36,489 nt of DNA. Source: Rickettsiales bacterium. GTDB taxonomy: Bacteria > Pseudomonadota > Alphaproteobacteria > Rickettsiales > UBA1997. Positions 18,694-26,535 of this stretch are shown one piece after another. Where the stretch lies: contig JAITAR010000109.1 of the NCBI GenBank assembly GCA_031284025.1, positions 1-36,489 of the forward strand, read 5' to 3'. Position 1 is the stretch's first letter. Each line of letters begins with the position of its first letter. The notes under the pieces were generated by a model. That model was not told the origin of the DNA. It worked only from the letters and a program-made list of their open reading frames with translations, and made no database searches. A program made the translations under genes and the position numbers.

Positions 18694-20064
18694 ATGTGTA
18701 GAAAAAGTAGACAGATGATTTTTGTCATATTCCTGAGCACTTTAGTTTTATTTTTCCCTTTATTCCTGAAAGAATCTGATAACTATAAATGCAAGGATCT
18801 GTATGGGTATGTTGAGACCAGTTCTCTAGATTACTGGAGAAATAAAAGAAACTATAGCACGGCTACAATAGCTGGTGTCGAAGAAATAGAAAGAATTAAC
18901 GCCGCCATAGATTCTAAAATGATTGAATTCTATAGGAATAAAGGTGTTTCTAGAGAGTTAGCAACATATAATCTGTTGAACTATGAAATCTATCTAGCTA
19001 AAGAGACTATAGTTAACATGATCAAAGCTGTTGCCGATAAATTTTTTCAACATATTCCTGATGAAAACTACTATAATTTCGATTCTCTGGCGGAGAAGAA
19101 TGAAATTTCCTATGCTATAGTTACAGAAAAATCGGATATTAAAACAATACCAATCGATCTATGTGCTTTTTGTGACAAAAATATGGATGAGATGCAGATC
19201 ACCACCGTCAGATTTGGTGAGCCACTAATTGTTCTGCACAGAACTGTGGACAACGGCTGGTCCTTTGTGCGGACCTACAACAATGTTATGGGATGGCTAG
19301 AAAGCAAAAATATTGCTATAGCTGACAGAGATGAATTTACTAACTACATTAATATGAATGACTTTTTGATAGTAATTTCCAAAAATGAATTGATTGGCAA
19401 CAGCTATCTTGACATGGGAACTAAACTAGCTCTGAAAAATGAAAAGAAAGAGTCCTACATTATAAAATTCCCTATTAGAGATAGAAAAAATGGGCTTATT
19501 CACTATAGGGATGTAGAGATTAAAAAAAATCCTGGTTTGCATAGAGGCTATCTCACCTACAGTGAAAAAAATATTGTAGAGCAGGCCATGAAGTACCACG
19601 GAACGCTATATGCCTGGGGTTCCGCTAACAATGGAATTGATTGCAGTGGCCTAGTTATGAATGTTTACAGTGTATTTGGTCTTAGACTGCCGAGGAACTC
19701 CCAGGAACAGCAAGCTCTGGCAAAAAATTTAGAATTTTTTAGTGGTAGTGATAGTGGAAGTGGCAGCGGGAGTAGAAGTATGTATTTTGGCAAAGGACAA
19801 ACTATGAAAGTAAATAGAGCTCTGGATAGCGCAAAAATCGGCAGTATTTTATTTTTCCCCGGCCATGCGATGCTCTATCTAGGAAAAGTTGCCAATAGGC
19901 ACTATGTGATACATTCAATTTTTGCCTGTAAAAAAAATAATGGCCATGGAAAATATGAGAAATACTATCCCAGACAGGTTATGATCTCTGCTCTAGAAAA
20001 TTTAAAAAAATTTAGCGGGGTATCTTTTATAGATTCTCTGGTCTCAATCGCGACTATTGAATAG
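18694..20064 (+). CDS. SH3b-NlpC/P60 (C40) cell-wall peptidase, YkfC-like architecture, secreted or anchored
   Basis: The catalytic Cys context is YAWGSANNGIDCSGLVMNVYSVFGLRLPRNSQEQ, with His residues in FFPGHAMLYLG..HYVIHS. An SH3b-like segment reads GEPLIVLHRTVDNGWSFVRTYNNVMGWLES. I chose ATG 18694 (MCRKSRQMIFVIFLSTLVLFF, a signal-like sequence, with AGGTGA 10 nt upstream) over the track TTG at 18631. Confidence 0.8.
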   Translation: MCRKSRQMIFVIFLSTLVLFFPLFLKESDNYKCKDLYGYVETSSLDYWRNKRNYSTATIAGVEEIERINAAIDSKMIEFYRNKGVSRELATYNLLNYEIYLAKETIVNMIKAVADKFFQHIPDENYYNFDSLAEKNEISYAIVTEKSDIKTIPIDLCAFCDKNMDEMQITTVRFGEPLIVLHRTVDNGWSFVRTYNNVMGWLESKNIAIADRDEFTNYINMNDFLIVISKNELIGNSYLDMGTKLALKNEKKESYIIKFPIRDRKNGLIHYRDVEIKKNPGLHRGYLTYSEKNIVEQAMKYHGTLYAWGSANNGIDCSGLVMNVYSVFGLRLPRNSQEQQALAKNLEFFSGSDSGSGSGSRSMYFGKGQTMKVNRALDSAKIGSILFFPGHAMLYLGKVANRHYVIHSIFACKKNNGHGKYEKYYPRQVMISALENLKKFSGVSFIDSLVSIATIE

Positions 20065-20087
20065 CTGACAGTTTATTTTCGTTGTAG

Positions 20088-20124
20088 AAATTTACTTTCT
20101 CTGGAGAAGAAAGTAAATTTGTTT
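20088..20124 (+). terminator. Intrinsic terminator-like hairpin after the NlpC/P60 gene
   Basis: A perfect 13-bp stem, AAATTTACTTTCT (20088..20100) with AGAAAGTAAATTT (20108..20120), and a 7-nt loop. It is followed by GTTTC, which is only a short T run. Confidence 0.55.
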
Positions 20125-20240
20125 CATGATCGTCTGGTTGTCTCCATTGTGGGATATTTCTATTGCATAATAATTATTGTAATTTACTTTTATTAATTAA
20201 AGTATTAATAATTTTTTAAGACTGGTGTAAGAAAAAAATT

Positions 20241-21068
20241 ATGCATTGCAGACAAAAATTTAGGCATATTTTCATCTATTTGACTTTGTTATTTCTAGCC
20301 AATCTGTTTCCACACCTGATAAAATGCGTTAACACTGCCAATGCCTCCGTGATCATAGTTTTACCCGATGGCCTTGAAACCAGAGAAATAAACGGGGATA
20401 AATATAGAAAATTAAGAAATCGCTATAGTGATGTTGGCCAGATAAATAATCAGTATAAGGGTGAACTAGTCTATAGGCCGGACAATAATGGAGTTATTAC
20501 CTACAGAGATGGAAGATTTTACGTATCCGCTTGTTTTTCTGCAAAAAAATTCTCCGTAAAGGAAATAGAGGATTCTAACGGAATTATTTCCACCGTTGAT
20601 CCAGACAAATATAGATTTTCCTATTTTGGATCATTTGGCTACTATTTCAATAGAAGCATGGCTGTTGAATTTGAATATTTTGACTACATTGATTCGCTAG
20701 CTGCCATAGCGCCAAATATATTTAATAATATTGGAGAATTTAGTATAAATACAAAAAATTATATGGCTAATTTTCTGATGGAGATTAATGAAACTAAACT
20801 CGTTCCATTTTTTGGGGTTGGTCTGGGATTAGCCAATAGTAGCTATAGTGGCTACAATAAAGCGAACAACCCCGTAATAGTGGGTAAAATTGAGCCATTG
20901 TATCAGATCATTCTGGGTATAGAGTTTGCCGTCACTCAAGAACTGTTGTTTGATATCAGAGGTAAATTACATAGAACGTTTTCTGATCAAAAAATTAATG
21001 GTGGCGAATATAAAATAAGGTATAATAACCGCTATTCTTTCGGTCTGGGTTTTAAATACATATTGTAA
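20241..21068 (+). CDS. Small outer-membrane beta-barrel protein (OmpA-like/opacity/surface-antigen type)
   Basis: Signal peptide (IFIYLTLLFLANLFPHLIKCVNTANA). Alternating-hydrophobic strands are rich in G, Y and F (FGSFGYYF, VEFEYF, FFGVGLGLA, ILGIEFA). The C-terminal strand is YSFGLGFKYIL. Confidence 0.65.
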   Translation: MHCRQKFRHIFIYLTLLFLANLFPHLIKCVNTANASVIIVLPDGLETREINGDKYRKLRNRYSDVGQINNQYKGELVYRPDNNGVITYRDGRFYVSACFSAKKFSVKEIEDSNGIISTVDPDKYRFSYFGSFGYYFNRSMAVEFEYFDYIDSLAAIAPNIFNNIGEFSINTKNYMANFLMEINETKLVPFFGVGLGLANSSYSGYNKANNPVIVGKIEPLYQIILGIEFAVTQELLFDIRGKLHRTFSDQKINGGEYKIRYNNRYSFGLGFKYIL

Positions 21069-21152
21069 GTAGGCTGCGAACAAAGAGCCGACGTCGCTAT
21101 GGCATCAGCCCACATTTAGATAGATATCACACCGTAGGGAGGAGGTAGAATA

Positions 21153-22163
21153 CTAACCATTTTCTCTATTCTTTTCAATCCCTAGATGTTTGTAGGCAGT
21201 TTCAGTCAGTATTCTGCCTCTAAAAGTTTTATTCACGAAACCACACTGTATCAAATATGGTTCTATAGTATCTTCGATCGAATCTCTCTCCTCCGAAAGT
21301 CCAGCTGAAATTGTGTCTATGCCAACGGGGCCACCACAATAGCTGCGTGCTATAAAATTTAGATATTTCAGATCGGAGCTATCCAGACCCACTTTATCTA
21401 TACGCAATCTGTCGAGTGATAGATCTACAATTTCTTTGTCTATAATATTCTTCCCCCCCACCAGAGCGAAATCCCTAACTCTCTTTAGCAGTCTTATTGC
21501 TATTCTAGCAGTACCTCTGGACCTTTTTGAAATCTCTCTGGCTCCCTCCGCACTAATTTTTATCCTCAGTATAGCACTATCCCTCATCACTATGCCCATT
21601 AATTCCTCAGGCTCATAGAAATTCAGCTTCAACGGGATGCCGAACCTATCCCTTAGAGGACTCGATATCAGACCAAGTCTTGTAGTGGCGGCGACCAGCG
21701 TAAATCTGGGTAGATCTATTTTTATGGTTCGGGCTGCCGGTCCCTCTCCTATTATTATATCTAGTTTAAAATCTTCCATTGCCGAATAGAGTATTTCTTC
21801 GACAGCGCTGTGTAATCTGTGAATTTCATCTATGAACAGCACATCGTTTGGCTGTAGATTTGTTAAAATAGCTGCCAAATCTCCAGCTTTAGACAGAATT
21901 GGACCCGAAGTGCTTTTAAAACCAACTCCCAATTCATTGGCTATTATGTGTGAGAGAGTTGTCTTACCGAGTCCCGGAGGGCCGTAGAACAACACATGGT
22001 CAAGGCTACTTGCTCGTATTTTTGCAGATTTGATAAATACCTTTAAATTACTCTTTGTTCCCTCTTGGCCAATGAAATCATTGATGTTTACTGGCCTTAG
22101 AGAATTCTCCACAGCCACATCCATTTCTGTCTTCTGTATATTTTTGACTATATCATCCGCCAT
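21153..22163 (-). CDS. ruvB: Holliday junction branch migration helicase RuvB
   Basis: LRP..INDFIGQ, Walker [10 protein letters not shown], Walker [34 protein letters not shown] prefer ATG 22163 (MADDIVKN) because its spacing to LRP matches E. coli RuvB. The track start at 22193 is a TTG that overlaps the upstream ORF. Confidence 0.95.
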   Translation of the reverse strand: MADDIVKNIQKTEMDVAVENSLRPVNINDFIGQEGTKSNLKVFIKSAKIRASSLDHVLFYGPPGLGKTTLSHIIANELGVGFKSTSGPILSKAGDLAAILTNLQPNDVLFIDEIHRLHSAVEEILYSAMEDFKLDIIIGEGPAARTIKIDLPRFTLVAATTRLGLISSPLRDRFGIPLKLNFYEPEELMGIVMRDSAILRIKISAEGAREISKRSRGTARIAIRLLKRVRDFALVGGKNIIDKEIVDLSLDRLRIDKVGLDSSDLKYLNFIARSYCGGPVGIDTISAGLSEERDSIEDTIEPYLIQCGFVNKTFRGRILTETAYKHLGIEKNRENG

Positions 22164-22170
22164 AGCAGAT

Positions 22171-22485
22171 TTATTTATTAGAGATGTTATCAATTATCCC
22201 GGACAGATCAACTTTCGCCGTACTGCCATCATCGACCAGTTCCTCCATATCAAATTCAAATTCCTCTCTGGTTTTTAAATTGATAGTTTTCATTTCCTCT
22301 TCCTTCTTGCTCAATTTGACTAGGTCATCATCCAAAAATTCAGGATTACTTCTGCTGTCATTTAGCGCACAATACAAATCTATATGCTTCTTATCAATTT
22401 CTTCAAATTGCTCGTAGTCAATGGATGCGAAGTCTATCGAATCCAACTTAGACTTGTCTTCCTCTTTCCGCTCTTGTTCTACCAT
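22171..22485 (-). CDS. Hypothetical small acidic protein (104 aa) directly upstream of ruvB
   Basis: A 315-nt open frame in AT-rich DNA, with ATG at 22485 and a stop 7 nt before the ruvB ATG. It is strongly acidic (many D/E residues) and I recognise no motif. Confidence 0.45.
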   Translation of the reverse strand: MVEQERKEEDKSKLDSIDFASIDYEQFEEIDKKHIDLYCALNDSRSNPEFLDDDLVKLSKKEEEMKTINLKTREEFEFDMEELVDDGSTAKVDLSGIIDNISNK

Positions 22486-22683
22486 AGCTAAGATAAATTA
22501 TTTTTTCGTCCATGATAGAAAAACAAAGTAAATAAACAAGAAGTTTGATAGGGGATAACACTCTATTTTCTAATGGATGAAGAGTAGACAGAAGAATTAT
22601 CTTTACCAATTCTAGAAAAGCCAGCATTCACCAAACCGCCATTGTCCTAAATTTTCATCCATGAAAAACGAACAGACCTCAGA

Positions 22684-23316
22684 CTATTCGAAAAATAGTT
22701 TTATTTTTTCTCTGATTTCCCCAGATAGATCTTCTATGGAGGCGTCGGCTACATCAATTTTAATGCAACGCTCGGCATTGTTTCTATAAATATAGTCGAA
22801 ACCATCCTTCACTCTTCTATGGAACTCCAAAGTCATACTTTCGTACCTATTTTTTCCTCCGCCGCTGCACGATCTATCTAGTCCTACTTCCGTATCTATA
22901 TCCAGTATCACGGTCAGATCTGGCCTAAAATCACCCAGAACGATGTGTCTTAGAGTATTTATTTCGGATATTGGCAAATTATGGCCAAATCCCTGATAGG
23001 CCAAACTGGAGTCGAAATATCTATCTGAAACCACTGTAATATTTTTAGCTAGCAGTGGTTTTATTTTTCTCTCCGTATGCATTCTCCTTGCTGCGTAGAG
23101 CAAAAGTAATTCTGTAATTCCATCCCATTTATTCACTTCGCCTTTCAGGAGCAGCTGTCGTATCTCCTCCGCCTCATTGCAGCCGCCCGGCTCTCTACTC
23201 CAAACGGTCTCTATACCATTTCTGTTTAAATATTCGACGAATAGTTTCGATTGGGTACTTTTGCCCGCTCCCTCTCCGCCTTCAAATGTTATAAATTTAC
23301 CTCTAAGCCTTTCCAT
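22684..23316 (-). CDS. tmk: Thymidylate kinase
   Basis: FITFEGGEGAGKST (P-loop) and DRYFDSSLAYQG. ATG 23316 has GGAGGG 8 nt upstream and lies 1 nt after the upstream gene's stop. The longer track start at 23373 would overlap that gene by 56 nt. Confidence 0.93.
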   Translation of the reverse strand: MERLRGKFITFEGGEGAGKSTQSKLFVEYLNRNGIETVWSREPGGCNEAEEIRQLLLKGEVNKWDGITELLLLYAARRMHTERKIKPLLAKNITVVSDRYFDSSLAYQGFGHNLPISEINTLRHIVLGDFRPDLTVILDIDTEVGLDRSCSGGGKNRYESMTLEFHRRVKDGFDYIYRNNAERCIKIDVADASIEDLSGEIREKIKLFFE

Positions 23317-23317
23317 T

Positions 23318-24712
23318 CTATAAACCCTCCACAAGTTTTTTAAATTCATCGCCATAGCTACTGTAGTAGACATTATTCATTTTATCAATGAACATTGGAC
23401 TCAGCAGAACTACTATTTCGTCCTCTATGCCATTCTCGGTTACGTAATCAATAATCTTGGCTAAAGCATCCCTAACATTGTCAATTTTTTCAATTTTAAC
23501 ATTATTTCCACAACTCTCCGATGGATCATCTACTATCCCCAGTACATCGATAAGAAATGATAGTTTTATATTATCCCTATGGTTTTTTAGCCTGATAAGA
23601 TCACCGCCAGTTCTACTGTCAACTACAAAAATAGCAAATATGTTGCTATACATTTCAAAGGGAGATTCTATCAATTTTACCGTATCAGCACAGGAGTTAT
23701 CAATAAATACAATATTTTTATCGTGTCTTAGGCATTCCATGTTGTGGGCAAGCCCCCTGAAAGTCCCAAGATTTGCCATAATTATCTGAGAGTCTAAATC
23801 AAGAGTACTAGCTATAACAAACGACGACAACAGTGATAATTCGTTGAGATTACTAGCCACAAAATTGCTATTGTTCAGATCATAGGATAGGTTGGAATTA
23901 TGGTAATTGTATATGGTGCCATTAACATAGGAGTAACCGTTTTCAACCATTTTTTCCACGGAAATTGGCATGATTCTAATGCCACCATTATTTGTCAGAG
24001 CAAAATTTTCCTGAAAATCCTTAAATATGGGATTATCAATATTTACCATCAACACGCCATTTCCATTCTGTTTTGCCAGAAAGTTTCTAACTAGATGGAG
24101 TTGTTCCTCCTTTTCTAGGTTCAGCAAAGCTGTAACGTCAAAACTGAGATTTTTAAGGTAGTCCATTTCTAGTGCGGCTAGATCTAGCACAAATATATTA
24201 TTCTCTCTCAAATTCAAATTGCTAATTGATTTTCCATCGCTGTAGCTATCTTCGGTCGGTAGAGTTGCGGGTCCAATGACATTAGTCTGTCTATCGCCGA
24301 ATATGTAGCTGAGAGCAGAACAGATTATTTTTCTGTAACTTTTTCCAAAAATCGCTACGAATTTATTCTCCGGAAATAAATCTTTTATAATTGCCGCAGC
24401 CAGAAACACTTTGTCTGCTAACTGACTAATTTTTTTTGCTATGTTGCTTCCTAGACCATGGTCATCGAGGGACAAATTTTGTCCAAGGATGATAAGGTCA
24501 ATGGAATCTAAATGGTAGCTATTTATATCTCTAACAATTTCCATGGCAAATTCACTATCTCCGCGATAGATTAATGATGGATCTGAATTTGGGCAGTACA
24601 GTGAAACTTCATTGCCATATTCTCTGAGCAGTTCGCCCAGAGCGAAACTAATGTGGTCTGTTCCCAATACAATAATTGTCTTTCCACCGTCTTTAACGCT
24701 ATTGATTATCAT
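23318..24712 (-). CDS. MurD-like Mur-ligase homolog with substituted catalytic motifs
   Basis: Colinear end to end with E. coli MurD: GKTIIVLG vs GKNVVIIG, FVAIFGKSYRKII vs IVAITGSNGKSTV, VLDLAALEMD vs VLELSSFQLE, LLNLEKEEQLHL vs ILNVTEDHMDRY, FRGLAHNME vs FTGLPHRFE, FIDNSCADT vs WINDSKATN, VVLLSP..YGDEFKKL vs MVLLSP..RGNEFARL. Confidence 0.7.
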   Translation of the reverse strand: MIINSVKDGGKTIIVLGTDHISFALGELLREYGNEVSLYCPNSDPSLIYRGDSEFAMEIVRDINSYHLDSIDLIILGQNLSLDDHGLGSNIAKKISQLADKVFLAAAIIKDLFPENKFVAIFGKSYRKIICSALSYIFGDRQTNVIGPATLPTEDSYSDGKSISNLNLRENNIFVLDLAALEMDYLKNLSFDVTALLNLEKEEQLHLVRNFLAKQNGNGVLMVNIDNPIFKDFQENFALTNNGGIRIMPISVEKMVENGYSYVNGTIYNYHNSNLSYDLNNSNFVASNLNELSLLSSFVIASTLDLDSQIIMANLGTFRGLAHNMECLRHDKNIVFIDNSCADTVKLIESPFEMYSNIFAIFVVDSRTGGDLIRLKNHRDNIKLSFLIDVLGIVDDPSESCGNNVKIEKIDNVRDALAKIIDYVTENGIEDEIVVLLSPMFIDKMNNVYYSSYGDEFKKLVEGL

Positions 24713-24715
24713 ATG

Positions 24716-25549
24716 CTAAAATTTGTTTATAAAATCATCCAGCTGTTCCAAAGAATTGAATTTGATACCTATAGTACCGCTATCATTTTCCTCATCATAA
24801 TTTATTCTACATTTCAAACCAGTTTTTTTTGATAGTTCATCTACCCTAGCTTCTACCAAATCCGCTGTTGATTTTCGGACTTTTTCTGCTGGCAGTTTCG
24901 TCTTTTCTTTTTTCACTAATTTTTCAACATCCCTAACGGACAACCCATCATCGATGATGTGGTTGACTATTTTATCGGCAAAGGCACAGCCAATCAATGC
25001 CCTAGCGTGGCCCATATCAATTTTTCCTTCCAGTAGCTGTTGTTTTACACCAGCCGGAAGATTCAATAGTCTCATGAGGTTTGTTACATGACTTCTGCTC
25101 TTGTTGGCAATTTCTGCTATTTCCTGTTGACTGTATCCGCAGCTGTCAGCCAGATATCTGTAGGCTTCAGCCTCCTCTATGGGATTCAGATCTTTTCTCT
25201 GTACATTTTCTACTATACTTAGACTAAATGCCTCCACATCATCAAACTCCCTGACTATGGCTGGAATGGTTTTAAGGTTGGCCAATCTAGCTGCTCTGTA
25301 TCTCCTCTCTCCTGCGACAATCTCATAGTTATCCTTTAATTTTCTCACTAGGATTGGTTGCAAAATTCCGTATTTCTTCACAGATTCCACAAGTTCAGCC
25401 ATACTTTCGTCATCAAAATTTTTACGTGGCTGGTTACTATTGGCTGTGATTTTATCCACATCGATGTCACTCCTTGTGCCCACTAGTGAGAAATTTCTAT
25501 CTCCAAGTAGAGATGATAAACCTTTTCCAAATTTCTTATTTTCTATCAT
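24716..25549 (-). CDS. parB: Chromosome partitioning protein ParB
   Basis: FGKGLSSLLG, ILQPILVRK, YEIVAGERRYRAARLA, and an HTH region (GYSQQEIAEIANKSRSHVTNLMRLLNLP). Confidence 0.93.
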   Translation of the reverse strand: MIENKKFGKGLSSLLGDRNFSLVGTRSDIDVDKITANSNQPRKNFDDESMAELVESVKKYGILQPILVRKLKDNYEIVAGERRYRAARLANLKTIPAIVREFDDVEAFSLSIVENVQRKDLNPIEEAEAYRYLADSCGYSQQEIAEIANKSRSHVTNLMRLLNLPAGVKQQLLEGKIDMGHARALIGCAFADKIVNHIIDDGLSVRDVEKLVKKEKTKLPAEKVRKSTADLVEARVDELSKKTGLKCRINYDEENDSGTIGIKFNSLEQLDDFINKF

Positions 25550-26312
25550 GTTTTCTAATCATTTCTTCCACAAAACTAATATAGGCAAACGAACCACTGC
25601 AACTCGGGTCGTATATCACAGTTGGAACACCAAAGGACGTTGACTCCGCCAATTTAACATTTCTGGGTATAACATTTCCGTACACTAGCTCGCCGAGACA
25701 GGTGCGGACGTCATTTTCCACCTGTTCGGTCAATTTATTTCTTCTGTCGTACATAGTCAACAAAATACCGTCTATATGAAGATCGCCGTTAAAGTTAGTT
25801 TTTATCCGCTCTGCCACCTCCATCAGATGGCTAAGACCTTCTAGGGCAAAAAATTCACACTGCAAAGGTATTAGAATAGAATTGGATGCTACCAGAGAAT
25901 TTATAGTGAGTAGGCCCAGAGATGGGGGACAGTCAACTATCACATAGTCATATCTTCCCTTTATTTTACCTAACATTTCGGATAGAACATATTCTCTTTT
26001 TTTTACCTCTGCCATTTCTACTTCGAAGCCAGCCAAATTCATATCTGCTGCCAAGATTTCTAAATTATCTATTCTAGTGCTGACTATGGAACTAGCCAGA
26101 TCGGCGGTACCGGATAGTACATCATAGATGGTTTTTATTTCGCCTTTTCTCACTTCGATGCCAAAACCAGAACTCATATTACCTTGGGGATCAAAATCTA
26201 TGGCCAAAACTTTCTTACCAACTTTAGCCAAACTTGCACTGACATTCAACACTGTGGTAGTTTTACCGACACCACCCTTTTGATTTACAATCGATATTAC
26301 CTTTGTTTCCAT
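25536..26312 (-). CDS. parA: Chromosome partitioning ATPase ParA/Soj
   Basis: Deviant Walker A IVNQKGGVGKTTT, then DFDPQGN and DYVIVDCPPSLG. I prefer ATG 26312 (METKVISIV). The track start at 26378 would translate the parS palindrome as VSRET, which is a known signature of over-extended ParA models. Confidence 0.92.
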   Translation of the reverse strand: METKVISIVNQKGGVGKTTTVLNVSASLAKVGKKVLAIDFDPQGNMSSGFGIEVRKGEIKTIYDVLSGTADLASSIVSTRIDNLEILAADMNLAGFEVEMAEVKKREYVLSEMLGKIKGRYDYVIVDCPPSLGLLTINSLVASNSILIPLQCEFFALEGLSHLMEVAERIKTNFNGDLHIDGILLTMYDRRNKLTEQVENDVRTCLGELVYGNVIPRNVKLAESTSFGVPTVIYDPSCSGSFAYISFVEEMIRKHDRK

Positions 26313-26321
26313 AATAGCTGT

Positions 26322-26337
26322 TGTTTCACGTGAAACA
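26322..26337. promoter_or_regulatory. parS: parS centromere-like site, a perfect 16-bp palindrome TGTTTCACGTGAAACA
   Basis: An exact match to the canonical chromosomal parS consensus (tGTTNCACGTGAAACa), 10 nt upstream of the preferred parA start. Confidence 0.9.
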
Positions 26338-26436
26338 TTTATTTGGACTTGATTAGACGTATTATACAGATTGTTCATTTATTTTCAAGGACTGAAAAAT
26401 TTATCGAGAACTATTTCTTGTTCTTACTTTTGTCTT

Positions 26437-26445
26437 TGTGGATAA
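26437..26445 (-). promoter_or_regulatory. DnaA box, perfect consensus (TTATCCACA on the minus strand)
   Basis: The plus strand reads TGTGGATAA, in the AT-rich glmU-parA intergenic region. Confidence 0.5.
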
Positions 26446-26480
26446 TTTAATGTCTCTATATTTATTTCATTTGCTCTATT

Positions 26481-26489
26481 TGTGGAGAA
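26481..26489 (-). promoter_or_regulatory. DnaA box-like site with one mismatch (TTCTCCACA on the minus strand)
   Basis: The plus strand reads TGTGGAGAA. It has the same orientation as the perfect box at 26437, with starts 44 nt apart. Confidence 0.35.
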
Positions 26490-26535
26490 ATGTTGTCTGC
26501 TGAATGTTAGCGAAAAAATTAAAAACTGCTGATGG

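Noticed and set aside
20195-20220. TTAA-rich sequence upstream of the OMP gene, considered as a CtrA box (TTAA-N7-TTAA)
   Set aside because: The spacings between TTAA elements are 0, 4 and 8 nt rather than 7. It is probably just AT-rich promoter DNA.
21072-21110. A GC-richer segment with GGCTG...CAGCC and a central CGACGTCG palindrome between the convergent OMP and ruvB genes, considered as a bidirectional terminator
   Set aside because: The stem is short and interrupted, and there is no flanking T or A run. I could not support it as a terminator or a known binding site.
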